From Fistulifera solaris (taxonomy: Eukaryota): a stretch of 64,000 nt of DNA. Location: contig AP026179.1 of assembly GCA_030295235.1 (NCBI GenBank), positions 124,001-188,000 on the forward strand. Direction: 5' to 3'. The translations under genes and the position numbers were made by a program. Position 1 is the first letter of the stretch; each line of letters opens with the position of its first letter. Shown here one piece after another: positions 50,588 through 60,644 of the stretch. The notes under the pieces were generated by a model that had not been told where the DNA came from, did no database searches, and worked only from the letters and a program-made list of their open reading frames with translations.

Positions 50588-52177
50588 TCACAAACACGCC
50601 GAATCACGAGCACCGGTCTCGAATTCTTTTAACAAATAATCCATCACATCATTCGCAGAATAGCCCAATTTTCCTTCATCTTGCTTCACAAAACGACGAC
50701 AAAATGTTACATCATCACCCATGGTCACCAGCCCGGGCTCGTTTGTACCTCCAGGCAGCACTTGAGGATATCCGGCATCGGCGCACAAGGCATTGCACAA
50801 ACATTTACGACCTTCGGTGGCTTTCAAAGTCCCGCCTTTTTTGATGTAGGCATCGACGGGTTCCGCGGCACAACGGAAGTTGATAGAGCCTTCTTTGGTC
50901 ACAAACGGAGTTCGCAGATAGCCCAAATTGCACACCCGAGGACGCTGCTCATAAACGGTCGTTTCCGATAGGGTTTCCGGAATTTGCAATACTTTGAACG
51001 GAAAACCCGTCGGCGACGCTTGCGGATCGGTAAAGACTTTCATCGAATCATCATTCATGAGATGCTGAAGTGTCGCTTGACGAACGTGATCCGTCATACC
51101 CGATTCGTTCGCCAAAGCAAACGCCGTCCCCACTTGGATACCTTGTCCACCCATTGCCAATACTTGATGAGAACTTGCCTGCGCAACTTCCCGCCAACCA
51201 AAAGGGCAATCCTTGTGTCGCTTGTTGGAATTGCTGTAAATTGACTTGATCTTTGGGACCGTACACAGGTTCACCCCGGTCATTGAGCTGCATGGAACCC
51301 CGTGGAGGCGCATTGTGGCCACCGGCCGTGGGCAATTCGATTACAAAGCCTTGAATACCCTGGTGGGACCGGCGCCTGTCGCGCGTTTGAGCATCGATTG
51401 AGCCAATACTACGGAACTAACAATGGGAAGAAAGGAAGGACGCAGTAAGGGAGTGCACAGTGCGGGTTTGCCCGCGTTGGCCCAGAATTCCTCCGGAGAA
51501 AAGGTAAAGGTGGCGGCCATTCCTACTGGAAGTTTGCCCTCTACATCCAGCGACATGGAACACGCCTCGCCCTGGGCCAACCGGTCCAGAAACCCCGGAA
51601 TCGCCATGGGAATGCCTGCGCCCATAATGACGTAATCGACATCGGCCAGCATGGCACCATATAAACTGGGCAGTGTCGGAAGTTGGACCTTGGTGAGTAA
51701 GTTGATGCCCACTAGACCGCCCGTCGGTGTACCATCGTCGTTATGTTTCGCCAGCCATACTTCGGCAAAATTAGCCAAGACGGTGACTTCCAACAATACT
51801 TGGGAAGGTATCAAAGTCCACATAGGAAGATTCTTGAAAGGCTTGTTTGCATGCTTGCCGCCCGGAATGTAGTATTGATCCAAAACGCGCTTGACCATGT
51901 CTTGGTCGGGGAAATGACGTAACGCTCCGAGCATGTCACCATCGCCAGATTGCAAACTGCGCACGAGAATGGTATCCATGGCAGTCCCCGAAATGACTCC
52001 CAACTCACCACGCCTCGAAACTTCCCGCGCCAATTTCCAATTCGAAATGCGGATCCCCATGCCGCCTTGAATGATGCGGGGGAGTGGTGGTTTGGGCAAA
52101 GCAGTGGTCATTTTCAAAGAGCTCCATCCATGAGACATACTCATCAAGCAACCGACTAGATAAATGAAACGTAACAT
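50588..52177 (-). CDS. Nitronate monooxygenase/FabK-like FMN enzyme with N-terminal presequence
   Basis: [47 protein letters not shown], Cys-rich C-terminus. Frameshifts near 51360 and 51180. Confidence 0.8.
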
Positions 52178-52698
52178 TATTTTTGGCAATGTAATTTAGA
52201 GAGATAGTTCTGGAATGTTTTGTTTATGTGAGTATTAGAAGAAACAGAATAATGAGAAAGCAAGAAAAAAAAATGATCGTCGGATCGGATTCGCATTTGG
52301 TACTGGTTACGTCGACATTGTTCGTGTCTTAGAATTACTCGTACGGTACTACTGACCTATGTACAGACATTGTTGCGGACCAATATTTAGAAAGTGTCTT
52401 CGCTCTTGGGCGTGTGCTAATGCGAACCGGAACATTAGCTTACGAAAGCAAACAATGATGACAAAAATCAAATCGCATTCGTTTGTCGTATTCGTTTTAC
52501 AAGGTTTTTTTTTGAACGAAAAGCCGTCTCTAACGTCAAAGAAAATGCGAAGTCTTTGCTTAATAAACATTGTTTCTAAATTCCCTTTGCAAGACCAACT
52601 AAAAGGAGAACTAATCAATGTAATCATGTTGCGTTACTGTTATGCATTCCTGATACTACATTAATCATAATATTTTATTATGACCTTGTGTTCCCATA

Positions 52699-54075
52699 TC
52701 ATCGTTTCGAACCTTTCGAAGAATCCGCCTTCCCCAAATCATCGCCCCACAAAATTGGCAACACCAAATCTTCTTGGCGCAACATACCCCGAGCCGCTTT
52801 CATCGAAGCCTTCAAACAATGATTCGGCGTTGTATTGGGTTGATTGAAGGCACCAAAGAGCAAGGAATCCCCCGAGACTCGACTACTCGTGCTACCGGGA
52901 CTTGTGAGGGACGCAGCCTTTTTCGTGTGCGGCTCCCAATCGCGTTTGCGCTGAAAATCCATCATGATTTCTTGTTGTGCCCGAATGACTTCTTTGACAC
53001 GTTCCATTTCGTAATATTCAGTCCCATCAATGTCATTGTAATCGAGACGCGGTGCTGGTTTTAATTCCGCAATTTCGCGTTGCAGATCCGTCGTACTGAA
53101 TGCTTTTTCCTCGTGACTCGAAAAGGAATTGTGGTTATTATTGTTGTTGTTGTTATTGTTATTGTTGCGATTCGTCGTTCCGAATTGCGACAAAATATCG
53201 CGTTGAATATCAATAAGCTCGCGAATTTGTTCCGTCCGCAGCAATTCCAATTCGTCATCTCCTTCTTCGGTCGTACTTTGATCGAGCGGTACGTGGGCGG
53301 CCGCTGGTTCCGGCGCATCGCGTCGATGACCGCACATTTCACACACCAAATGCAACGGATTGTCATTGCGAAAGGTACACGCCGTACAATCCCACGGTTT
53401 GACGGAGTCATTCCCATTCCAGTGACGAAAGGATAAGACGGACGCGGCATCATCATTATTATCATCGTCCAAGACGGCGGGCATCGTCGCGCGACGACGA
53501 CTCGGTACCGACGTCCGCGTCGTCCGATGACTCGCCAAACTGCTCGTGGACGATTGCAGCACGACGGGCAAACTCATATGGCCGCGGGTCATTTTTTCCG
53601 GTTGTTTGTGATCGAGGATGGAAAAATTGTGATGACTTAACGATGATTCGGACGCGTTTCCGTCAAAGAATATCGACGAATAAGAAGTATCATCTCCCGC
53701 CATGGATTCACTCATATCACTGCAAGAATCAAAATCGACACTTTTCAACATGCCACAAACGGAACATTCATTGCTTAAAGCGGATTGATTCACCGAGCGA
53801 CAACCGGCACATTCCCAGCCCATTTGATTGCGTTCATGAAAACTGGGCATGGGCAAATGCACCGATTTTTCTTCCAGCAAGGCGCCTTTCGGGAAGGTCG
53901 GACGTGCTGAAGTCGATCCAGCGGATTTGGGAAGACGGGGACTGCTGCGTTTGTAGGAATCAAAGACGCGGGGGGATTGCCGCGGTGATACGACCGGTAA
54001 GGTCTTGGTGGGTTTTGAGGCGACTTCACTGTTGTTGTTCCCCGTAGTAGGAAAGACGACGTCGTTGCGATTCAT
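52699..54075 (-). CDS. Disordered protein with two RanBP2/NZF-type zinc fingers
   Basis: WECAGCRSVN..CSVCG and WDCTACTFRN..CEMCG; poly-Asn run. Confidence 0.8.
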   Translation of the reverse strand: MNRNDVVFPTTGNNNSEVASKPTKTLPVVSPRQSPRVFDSYKRSSPRLPKSAGSTSARPTFPKGALLEEKSVHLPMPSFHERNQMGWECAGCRSVNQSALSNECSVCGMLKSVDFDSCSDMSESMAGDDTSYSSIFFDGNASESSLSHHNFSILDHKQPEKMTRGHMSLPVVLQSSTSSLASHRTTRTSVPSRRRATMPAVLDDDNNDDAASVLSFRHWNGNDSVKPWDCTACTFRNDNPLHLVCEMCGHRRDAPEPAAAHVPLDQSTTEEGDDELELLRTEQIRELIDIQRDILSQFGTTNRNNNNNNNNNNNHNSFSSHEEKAFSTTDLQREIAELKPAPRLDYNDIDGTEYYEMERVKEVIRAQQEIMMDFQRKRDWEPHTKKAASLTSPGSTSSRVSGDSLLFGAFNQPNTTPNHCLKASMKAARGMLRQEDLVLPILWGDDLGKADSSKGSKR

Positions 54076-54672
54076 TTTCTGTCTTTTTTATTTCAATAGT
54101 AAAAATGAAGAATATGAATCAACAAAAAACAGGGAATAAGGCAAATGGAGTTGAATGTTGGTGATACAACAGGGTGCTTGCTGTTGGTTGTTTGGCACTG
54201 TGTGCCACCGGCTGTGTGCTACTTATTATTCCCTACAACAGCGGCGTGTGGAATGTCCCTACGAAGGAATACAATCCATCTTGGGCCCTATCACTTTTTG
54301 TCTGATAGTCAAAAGAATTCGACACAAAACTGCCCCCATTACGTGACTTTTGGGTTAGAGTGTCGAGCACAAAGTACAGAGATTCAAGTCGGACATGCGC
54401 GCGCGTCGCGCCGGAAAAGTCCGTGCTACTCCCCCACTCCCCACGCCCACGGCCTTCAAATAATCGAAAGTCCAAAGAGGACGAGCGACGAGCCACACAA
54501 AAAACATACAGTACTGGTATTTAAGGATTGAAAGAACGATCATTTTTGTTTACATTCATCACAACGAAATAACAATATATCCTGACTTTCCCTTTCATAC
54601 GTCATTGACTACAAAGGTCGAAGACGGAAGAATAGTCCTTGCTACAAGAAGTGAATAGAAATCGATTGATTC

Positions 54673-55713
54673 ATGAAAGGACGATTGTTTTCTTTCTTAT
54701 TTTGTTGGTTCGTTAACATGTCTCGAGTGACATCCTTTCTTCCTTCGCATCGACTACGATGTTCTACTGCGTTATTGACAAAACGAAGATTCCTAGCTTC
54801 TCTGGCGGAAGAATTACAGCACGAACCTCTCGACATCACCATGCCCACCGCATTGTCACCGTCATCGATTCAAACCTTTCGGGATTGTCCGCAATCGTTT
54901 CTCTTTCAGTACATTTATAAACTCAAACAACCCACCAACACTGCATTGACGACGGGAACCTTATGTCATGCCGCGTTGGAACAAATCTTTGATTTGCCGG
55001 CGTCCGATCGCACCTTGCGCAATTTACAAAATTTGTTTCGCCAACAATGGGCGAAAAAACGATCGCACGACGATTATCGTCATTTGTTTCATGAGAATGA
55101 ACAACACAATGTGGACCAGGAAATTGCGTGGGGACAGTATTCGCTGTCTCTTCTGGAACAATACTATGATTACGAAAATCCGGCACACGTGGAACGACCC
55201 AATCCGTTGCAGCGAGAAGTCTGGGTGCGTGCGCAAATTCCCTTTCAACAAGATGAATCGTTTTTGGTCCGCGGCATTGTTGATCGCTTCGATATGGTGC
55301 GCGATTCACAGAACAATATCGTGTTGCGGTTATTAGACTACAAAACAGGCAAAGCGCCGCAACTCAAATACAGTCCGGCCATGAATCAAAAAATACGCGA
55401 CGCAGCCTTTGAACAGTTGAAAATTTATGCGTTACTGTATCAAGGAGAATTGCCCTTGCGCTATTTGCGACTCTTGTTTTTGACCAGTCATGAACAGAAG
55501 GCCATCGCGATGGATTTGGATTTAGGGGCGACGCCGGAAGAACGTCAAGCGCAATTACAACCGGTGCAACAGGGACTCGTGGAAGTGTATCAACAGATCC
55601 GTGCCTTGGTAGAATTGCAAGATCCTACCGCATGGAAAGGTTGCGATCGATCATTTTGTTACTGTCATACGTGTCGTCCTCAGTTTGTGGCGGGGTCCGT
55701 GTGGGCGCCTTGA
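54673..55713 (+). CDS. PD-(D/E)XK nuclease of the RecB/AddB/Cas4-like type, with organelle presequence
   Basis: LSPSSIQTFRDCP, GTLCHAALE, RGIVDRFD, LLDYKTGK, QLKIYA, C-terminal CDRSFCYCHTC. Intronless. Confidence 0.85.
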   Translation: MKGRLFSFLFCWFVNMSRVTSFLPSHRLRCSTALLTKRRFLASLAEELQHEPLDITMPTALSPSSIQTFRDCPQSFLFQYIYKLKQPTNTALTTGTLCHAALEQIFDLPASDRTLRNLQNLFRQQWAKKRSHDDYRHLFHENEQHNVDQEIAWGQYSLSLLEQYYDYENPAHVERPNPLQREVWVRAQIPFQQDESFLVRGIVDRFDMVRDSQNNIVLRLLDYKTGKAPQLKYSPAMNQKIRDAAFEQLKIYALLYQGELPLRYLRLLFLTSHEQKAIAMDLDLGATPEERQAQLQPVQQGLVEVYQQIRALVELQDPTAWKGCDRSFCYCHTCRPQFVAGSVWAP

Positions 55714-55833
55714 AGCGGTGACATTTTGTCTAGACTTATAGAAGAGACTAAAAAAATACAACTTTAATTGTTATAAACGTTCATGAGTAACTATCACAAA
55801 AAAGAGTATGGCCGATAAAGGATGATGCGCCTT

Positions 55834-56463
55834 TCATGGTGTTTCCGAAATGAGTACTACTTGTGTATTCCGACGATGGGATTTCTCGTCTTTCAATCGC
55901 AATAATTCGTCGGCGTCTGGTAACTGATCGCACGAACCACGATGATGAAACGAAGGACTCTTGAGTTGTTCGGAAGAGTCCAGAATTGATAAGGATCCCA
56001 ACATGGAAGCCACATCGCGGACACTGAATTGTTGCGACAGGGATCGAGGAGGAGAAGAGGATCGTTCCGAATAGAAACGTGGTCGATCAGGTCTATCGGC
56101 AAAGGTAGTTAAACTGGAAGCAAAAGTAGTAGCCGTTTCGTCATGTTGTGAGATGGTCCTTTTTCTGGAATTTTGTGCCGGAGAAGAGACATCGAAACTG
56201 GGCAACGTCGTCACGTCGAAGGAAGAATTCTCGTACAGCCTTTCGAAGGACCCTGACGCTAAGATGGTCGTGAGATTGAAACTTTCCTCTCCTTCCAGTT
56301 CCGGCTGCAATGGCGGACCCAGCAATTCAGCAACATAAGTATCATTAAAGTTGAAGCTCTGATCATCGGCGATGCTGGAAAAGCTTGAATGGCGACTGAG
56401 AGGTGTTTGTATTTCAATAAAGCCCATGTTCTTATTCCGCTGGTTGATGTTTTCGTCCATCAA
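55834..56463 (-). CDS. Hypothetical Ser-rich protein
   Basis: 209-aa ORF from ATG, low complexity, no recognisable domain. Confidence 0.55.
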   Translation of the reverse strand: MMDENINQRNKNMGFIEIQTPLSRHSSFSSIADDQSFNFNDTYVAELLGPPLQPELEGEESFNLTTILASGSFERLYENSSFDVTTLPSFDVSSPAQNSRKRTISQHDETATTFASSLTTFADRPDRPRFYSERSSSPPRSLSQQFSVRDVASMLGSLSILDSSEQLKSPSFHHRGSCDQLPDADELLRLKDEKSHRRNTQVVLISETP

Positions 56464-57495
56464 AAATATTTTGGATGATGTGTCCAGGTGAATGACAGAA
56501 TATAATATTATGAGGCTTTTCGAACGAGACTTTTGTCGATCGAAAATCGAAGATATTTGTAATAAATGAGGCGTTCAGAATTATGTTTTGTCGTGGAGCT
56601 GTCGGCAATTCGGCCCTTCCTTAATAGACGAGTCACAGATCACGCGGGTCAATCCTGTACTAAATCTTCCAATCTGTTTCTGGCGCTCTCGTTGAGAAAA
56701 TTCCCCAGAAGATCTATTTCTTTCGAGTATAACACGTCAATGTATGGCTCACGCGTGAACGGTCTGTTGGCGTTTCGCTGGAACTTCCATAACCCCCACC
56801 AATTCTTGTTCGCTTGTCGCTTCTTGCGCGCAGGAGACTCCGACGCATTCCAAGCAGACATGACGGCATGACACCGTCTCTCTACATGGTGAGAGACACT
56901 GAAAGTTGAGTCTTTGAACCTCCTGTAACGGCAAAGAATAAGGTATCGGTAACGGTACCGGTAGGTGTCAATGCCTTACCACTCCGACGAATGATTTGAA
57001 ATTTTGAAAACAACAAGACGCAACAGGTCGACTATAGAATACCCTACCCAGTCTCTACTGGTATAGTTTCTCATTGGAACAAGTCAATTACTTGAACTTG
57101 GGAATCCACGAGAGAAACTGTGATGTCTTTAGACTTGTAATTGCCTATTAATTCGAACGTGCGTCATATTCACCTATAATTCGTGGTTGTGCGTAGACCA
57201 TCGACACGTGAATTCTTGCACTAATAAAGCTGAATGCGAGAATAGAATTGAACTGAATTGTAGCTACAGGAACTACGTCTCAAATTGATTTCTAAAAGTC
57301 TCAATAGGGTGTCTGAAGCACGTTAGAAAATGGTTAAAATCGAGCTGAACATCACGTTCCAGTCTTTCACTGAAACAACTTAAGGAAAACTACGTAATAA
57401 GACCTCAAGACCGAAACACAATCGATGTTTCACGGCATGTGCATCCAATAGTTTAAATCAACTCGTGTTCATCATGCTGCCTCTTCATCTCTCAT

Positions 57496-57744
57496 TCATC
57501 TTTTCCGCCATACAACGTCCGTTTTATTAAATGAAGCTTCGTTTCCACACAAAATGATTCCTTTCCTGTGTGTATACAAGTATCGAGATGCTTCCGCATA
57601 TTGATCCGCTCCAGAGCAAACTGACAGTGAATGGTTTTCTCCGTCCGTAGACTCTTCGCAATCGAGTCGATTGCGAGTAGCCTGAATGGTTTGTGCGGCG
57701 GTTGCTTCAACCAACAACATGAATAGTAATTTGTAGAGTATCAT
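57496..57744 (-). CDS. Possible small secreted protein or gene remnant
   Basis: Signal-peptide-like start MILYKLLFMLLVEATAA and three Cys; short, no other support. Confidence 0.25.
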   Translation of the reverse strand: MILYKLLFMLLVEATAAQTIQATRNRLDCEESTDGENHSLSVCSGADQYAEASRYLYTHRKGIILCGNEASFNKTDVVWRKR

Positions 57745-58336
57745 TTCGTCTACTTTTCTTCAAAGAAGAAAACAGAATCACACCCGTCCAAATCATTACA
57801 CCATAGAGAGTGCTTCGTTTGCTTTCATCGGGTTGAACGAGTTTGTCGACCGGCACGGCAGCGGGTGTGGTGGCGGATCGGTACCCAGCCTTTAAGTAAA
57901 ATTAATCGTTACATTGTCACACCCGTTTTCACACAAGTACCGGTACCGTAGGGCCGAAATTGAAGCATACACCCCCCCCCCCCCTCAACCGGTATTCCTA
58001 CTTAGGGATTGGCTCGTTGAGTTTTTTTTGCTATCGCGTGTTTGGTACGGTAGCTGGTAGATCTTTGTCACGGCGATACGCGGGCAATACCGGGTGTACG
58101 TCGATCCTTCGACCGTCGTTCTGTCTGCTGGGGAGTCCATACCACGTACTCTTGCTAAGGTCTCAGATAATTAGACTGTCGAACTGTTTGAGCACTTACC
58201 GCGCATTGAACACATACATGTGCATTAACGCCTTAATCAATTTTAGAACACTGGGAAACTAGCACAAGAAAAAGAAAACTCTAGTATTGTCATTTACTTC
58301 GTTTCAAGCACATTGACATCTCGTCCCGATTTGCGT

Positions 58337-58884
58337 CTAAGCATAAAAGATTTGTTGCGGCAAATCTTCCTTCTCCATACCGAACTCTTGTGTAAACAAG
58401 GAACTGAGTTCCGCATAGGCACGAGGCGCCAAATCAACTTTATTGTTCCCACATTCGTGCAACCATTTTTGTTCCACTAGATCGTGCAAGACTTCTTCCG
58501 CTTTGGGCAGATCTAAATTGCCTTCTTGTAATTCGAGGCGCAAATTCTTCAAGTCGGTTAATTTGGTTTCCCCGTGTTCGACCAAATGACTCAAGATCAA
58601 GCGAGTGTAATTGTGCGCATGAATGGGATACTGACCAATGCCTTTCGTGACATCATCGGCCGTCGGACAAATGAGACACAAATGCAAGACATTGTTTTGC
58701 CGGATTCCGACGATCTGTAAACCAATGTATTTGAGTTGTTGGTTAATCTGAACCAAACTGTCTTCGAGTTTTTGTTTCGAGGGCAACGATTCCCACAATT
58801 GGAGAGCTTCCTCGTGTGTCATGGAGTGTTCCGCCAGAAGACGCTGATTGAACATTTTTGCGCAATCGAAAGTGCTTCGACCAT
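58337..58884 (-). CDS. NSE1: Nse1 (Smc5/6 non-SMC element 1) winged-helix region
   Basis: QRLLA..MT.EEA, LEDSLVQINQQLKYIGLQI, AEEVLHDLVEQKWL, LAPRAYAEL match the Nse1 pattern. Likely start MVEALSIAQK at 58884 with a frameshift near 58855. Confidence 0.7.
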
Positions 58885-59422
58885 GTTGAATTGTTTCAAT
58901 TGTGTATGTTTTTATTGAAGAATCGTGATTCGCAAAGAAGAACAGAACGAAGCGAATGCGGTGCGGCAAAATGAAAAAAGCATCATTGTTAAAGTGGAGG
59001 AGCACGAATGTAGAGGGAGGCGATGCCGGCGTTCGCAACGGAAAATGCTGTCACCCTTCGTCTGTGCTTTTCTCTCCGTTTTAAAGGGAATGAGAAAAGC
59101 GCTTGTCTCGAAACAAACATTTCGCACAAAAAAATACTTGTACTTTGCACATTACGAATGAACCAATGGAACAAGAATGAAAAACATCTTTTAGACTAGG
59201 ACCAAATAGTGGTAGCAAGGATATTAAACCCTGGGTTACGTCTATTAACTGTTTGTGAAGCGAAACTACCGTATTTGGACTTAAATACCTGGTATGTTGC
59301 TTTGATTGTTCTGCACTTCGATTGCCAACATTATCTTCCTACTTGTCTTGAAATTATCCAATTATTTAGAATGAATGGCAAACAAGCTCGATGCTTGTTG
59401 ATGCTTTTCGTTCGGCTTCACG

Positions 59423-59541
59423 ACGTCATGCAACGTAGCATCCTGACGACGCCGGCAGCCAGTGTGATACAATTTGTACTAGAATGATGTCATTCCACCT
59501 CAATTCCGTGCGTGCGTTGAACGTTGAGCTCGATGACGTCA
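59423..59541. promoter_or_regulatory. bZIP-type ACGTCA / TGACGTCA elements (CCRE-like) upstream of theta-CA
   Basis: ACGTCA at 59423-59428 and palindromic TGACGTCA at 59534-59541, about 230 and 120 bp upstream of the ATG. Confidence 0.4.
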
Positions 59542-59653
59542 GTGGCGCGCCACAACGAGAAAAGTGTCGGAAGATTATTTGCGCCTCGTTGTTACCATGA
59601 CAAGCGAGATTCTCGTTCTGAAATTATCGACATTTTAACTTTAAATATACACA

Positions 59654-60568
59654 ATGAAGTTCCTGTTTTCGGCTTTACTGCTCATTGCTTTTACCGAAGC
59701 GCTCGTCCCCGCGGAACGCACTCGCCGTCAAACATTTGGTGATATCGCGGCCGCCAGTGCTGGCTTCGGTCTGGTCGGTAGCAACAGCATGCCCGCCTTG
59801 GCGGCCGAAATGGACACGAAAAAGACTTTGCGCGATTCATTTCCGGGTGCCATGCCCAATGATATGTTGTTGGAACGAGTCGGACTCAAACTCATTCGAA
59901 GTGGCTTCACGAAAGATACGACGCTCGTGGCATCTTCGTTCTGTTCCGATGAAGTCAATCGTCCTCTCGAAGATACGTTTCTCAAATATTACGGCAATCA
60001 CTTTTCCATGGGCGGATTAGCGGGATTTCCCTTTTCGGGTGTCACGGGATTTGCCGCCATGGCGTCACATATTCCCGACAATGGCAATTGCTTGTTGGTG
60101 TACGGCCCCCACGTCGGTGTCAATGGCGAAGGCAAAGTGGGGACGGTCGAACGCAAAGGCCAACAAAAGAGTGGAGCATGTTGTGGCAGTGCGGTCGCGG
60201 CTTCACGTTACCTAAAACAAGTCATCGATGGAGATGCCGATCAAATGGGACCGCCGTCGGCAGCACTCGACGCCCAACAAGCGTACGTGTCCAACATGTT
60301 ATTGCCGTACGCTTCAGAAATCACGTATGCCAAAGATCCCATGGTTGTTTTGCCGTACGCCACTTTTAAGCCGATTGACGGCATGATGAACAAGATTGTG
60401 GCCGCGGCGTCTTCCAAAATTGGTCCCAATGGTAAAGTCGCACTTTTGGGTGGTTTGCAAATCAATACTCCGGAAGGTTTGTCCGATTACTTTTTGCCTT
60501 TGCGGTTTGAGGTCCGTGATAGTTCCAACAAACTCTTGTCGGATGATTTGTTGGATATTATGGTATAA
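59654..60568 (+). CDS. Theta-type carbonic anhydrase (LCIB/LCIC family), probably thylakoid-lumenal
   Basis: FCSDEVN, GGLAGFPFSGVTGF, YGPHVG, CCGSA, LLGGLQINT. Signal peptide, then twin-Arg TRRQ, hydrophobic stretch and PALA cleavage site. Confidence 0.9.
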   Translation: MKFLFSALLLIAFTEALVPAERTRRQTFGDIAAASAGFGLVGSNSMPALAAEMDTKKTLRDSFPGAMPNDMLLERVGLKLIRSGFTKDTTLVASSFCSDEVNRPLEDTFLKYYGNHFSMGGLAGFPFSGVTGFAAMASHIPDNGNCLLVYGPHVGVNGEGKVGTVERKGQQKSGACCGSAVAASRYLKQVIDGDADQMGPPSAALDAQQAYVSNMLLPYASEITYAKDPMVVLPYATFKPIDGMMNKIVAAASSKIGPNGKVALLGGLQINTPEGLSDYFLPLRFEVRDSSNKLLSDDLLDIMV

Positions 60569-60644
60569 TAGTGTGGTGGGTAGGGTGAATAACAATTAAT
60601 CACATGGCGAGCTAAGAATTGGGTGTTACTCTGTCCAACAATAA

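Noticed and set aside
54673..55713. CRISPR-Cas or casposon locus around the Cas4-like nuclease
   Set aside because: No repeat-spacer array, cas1, polymerase or terminal inverted repeats; the flanking genes are eukaryotic.
45475..60568. Operon-like plastid metabolic gene cluster
   Set aside because: The genes are interspersed with unrelated ones on both strands, and plastid-targeted genes are common, so adjacency alone is not evidence.
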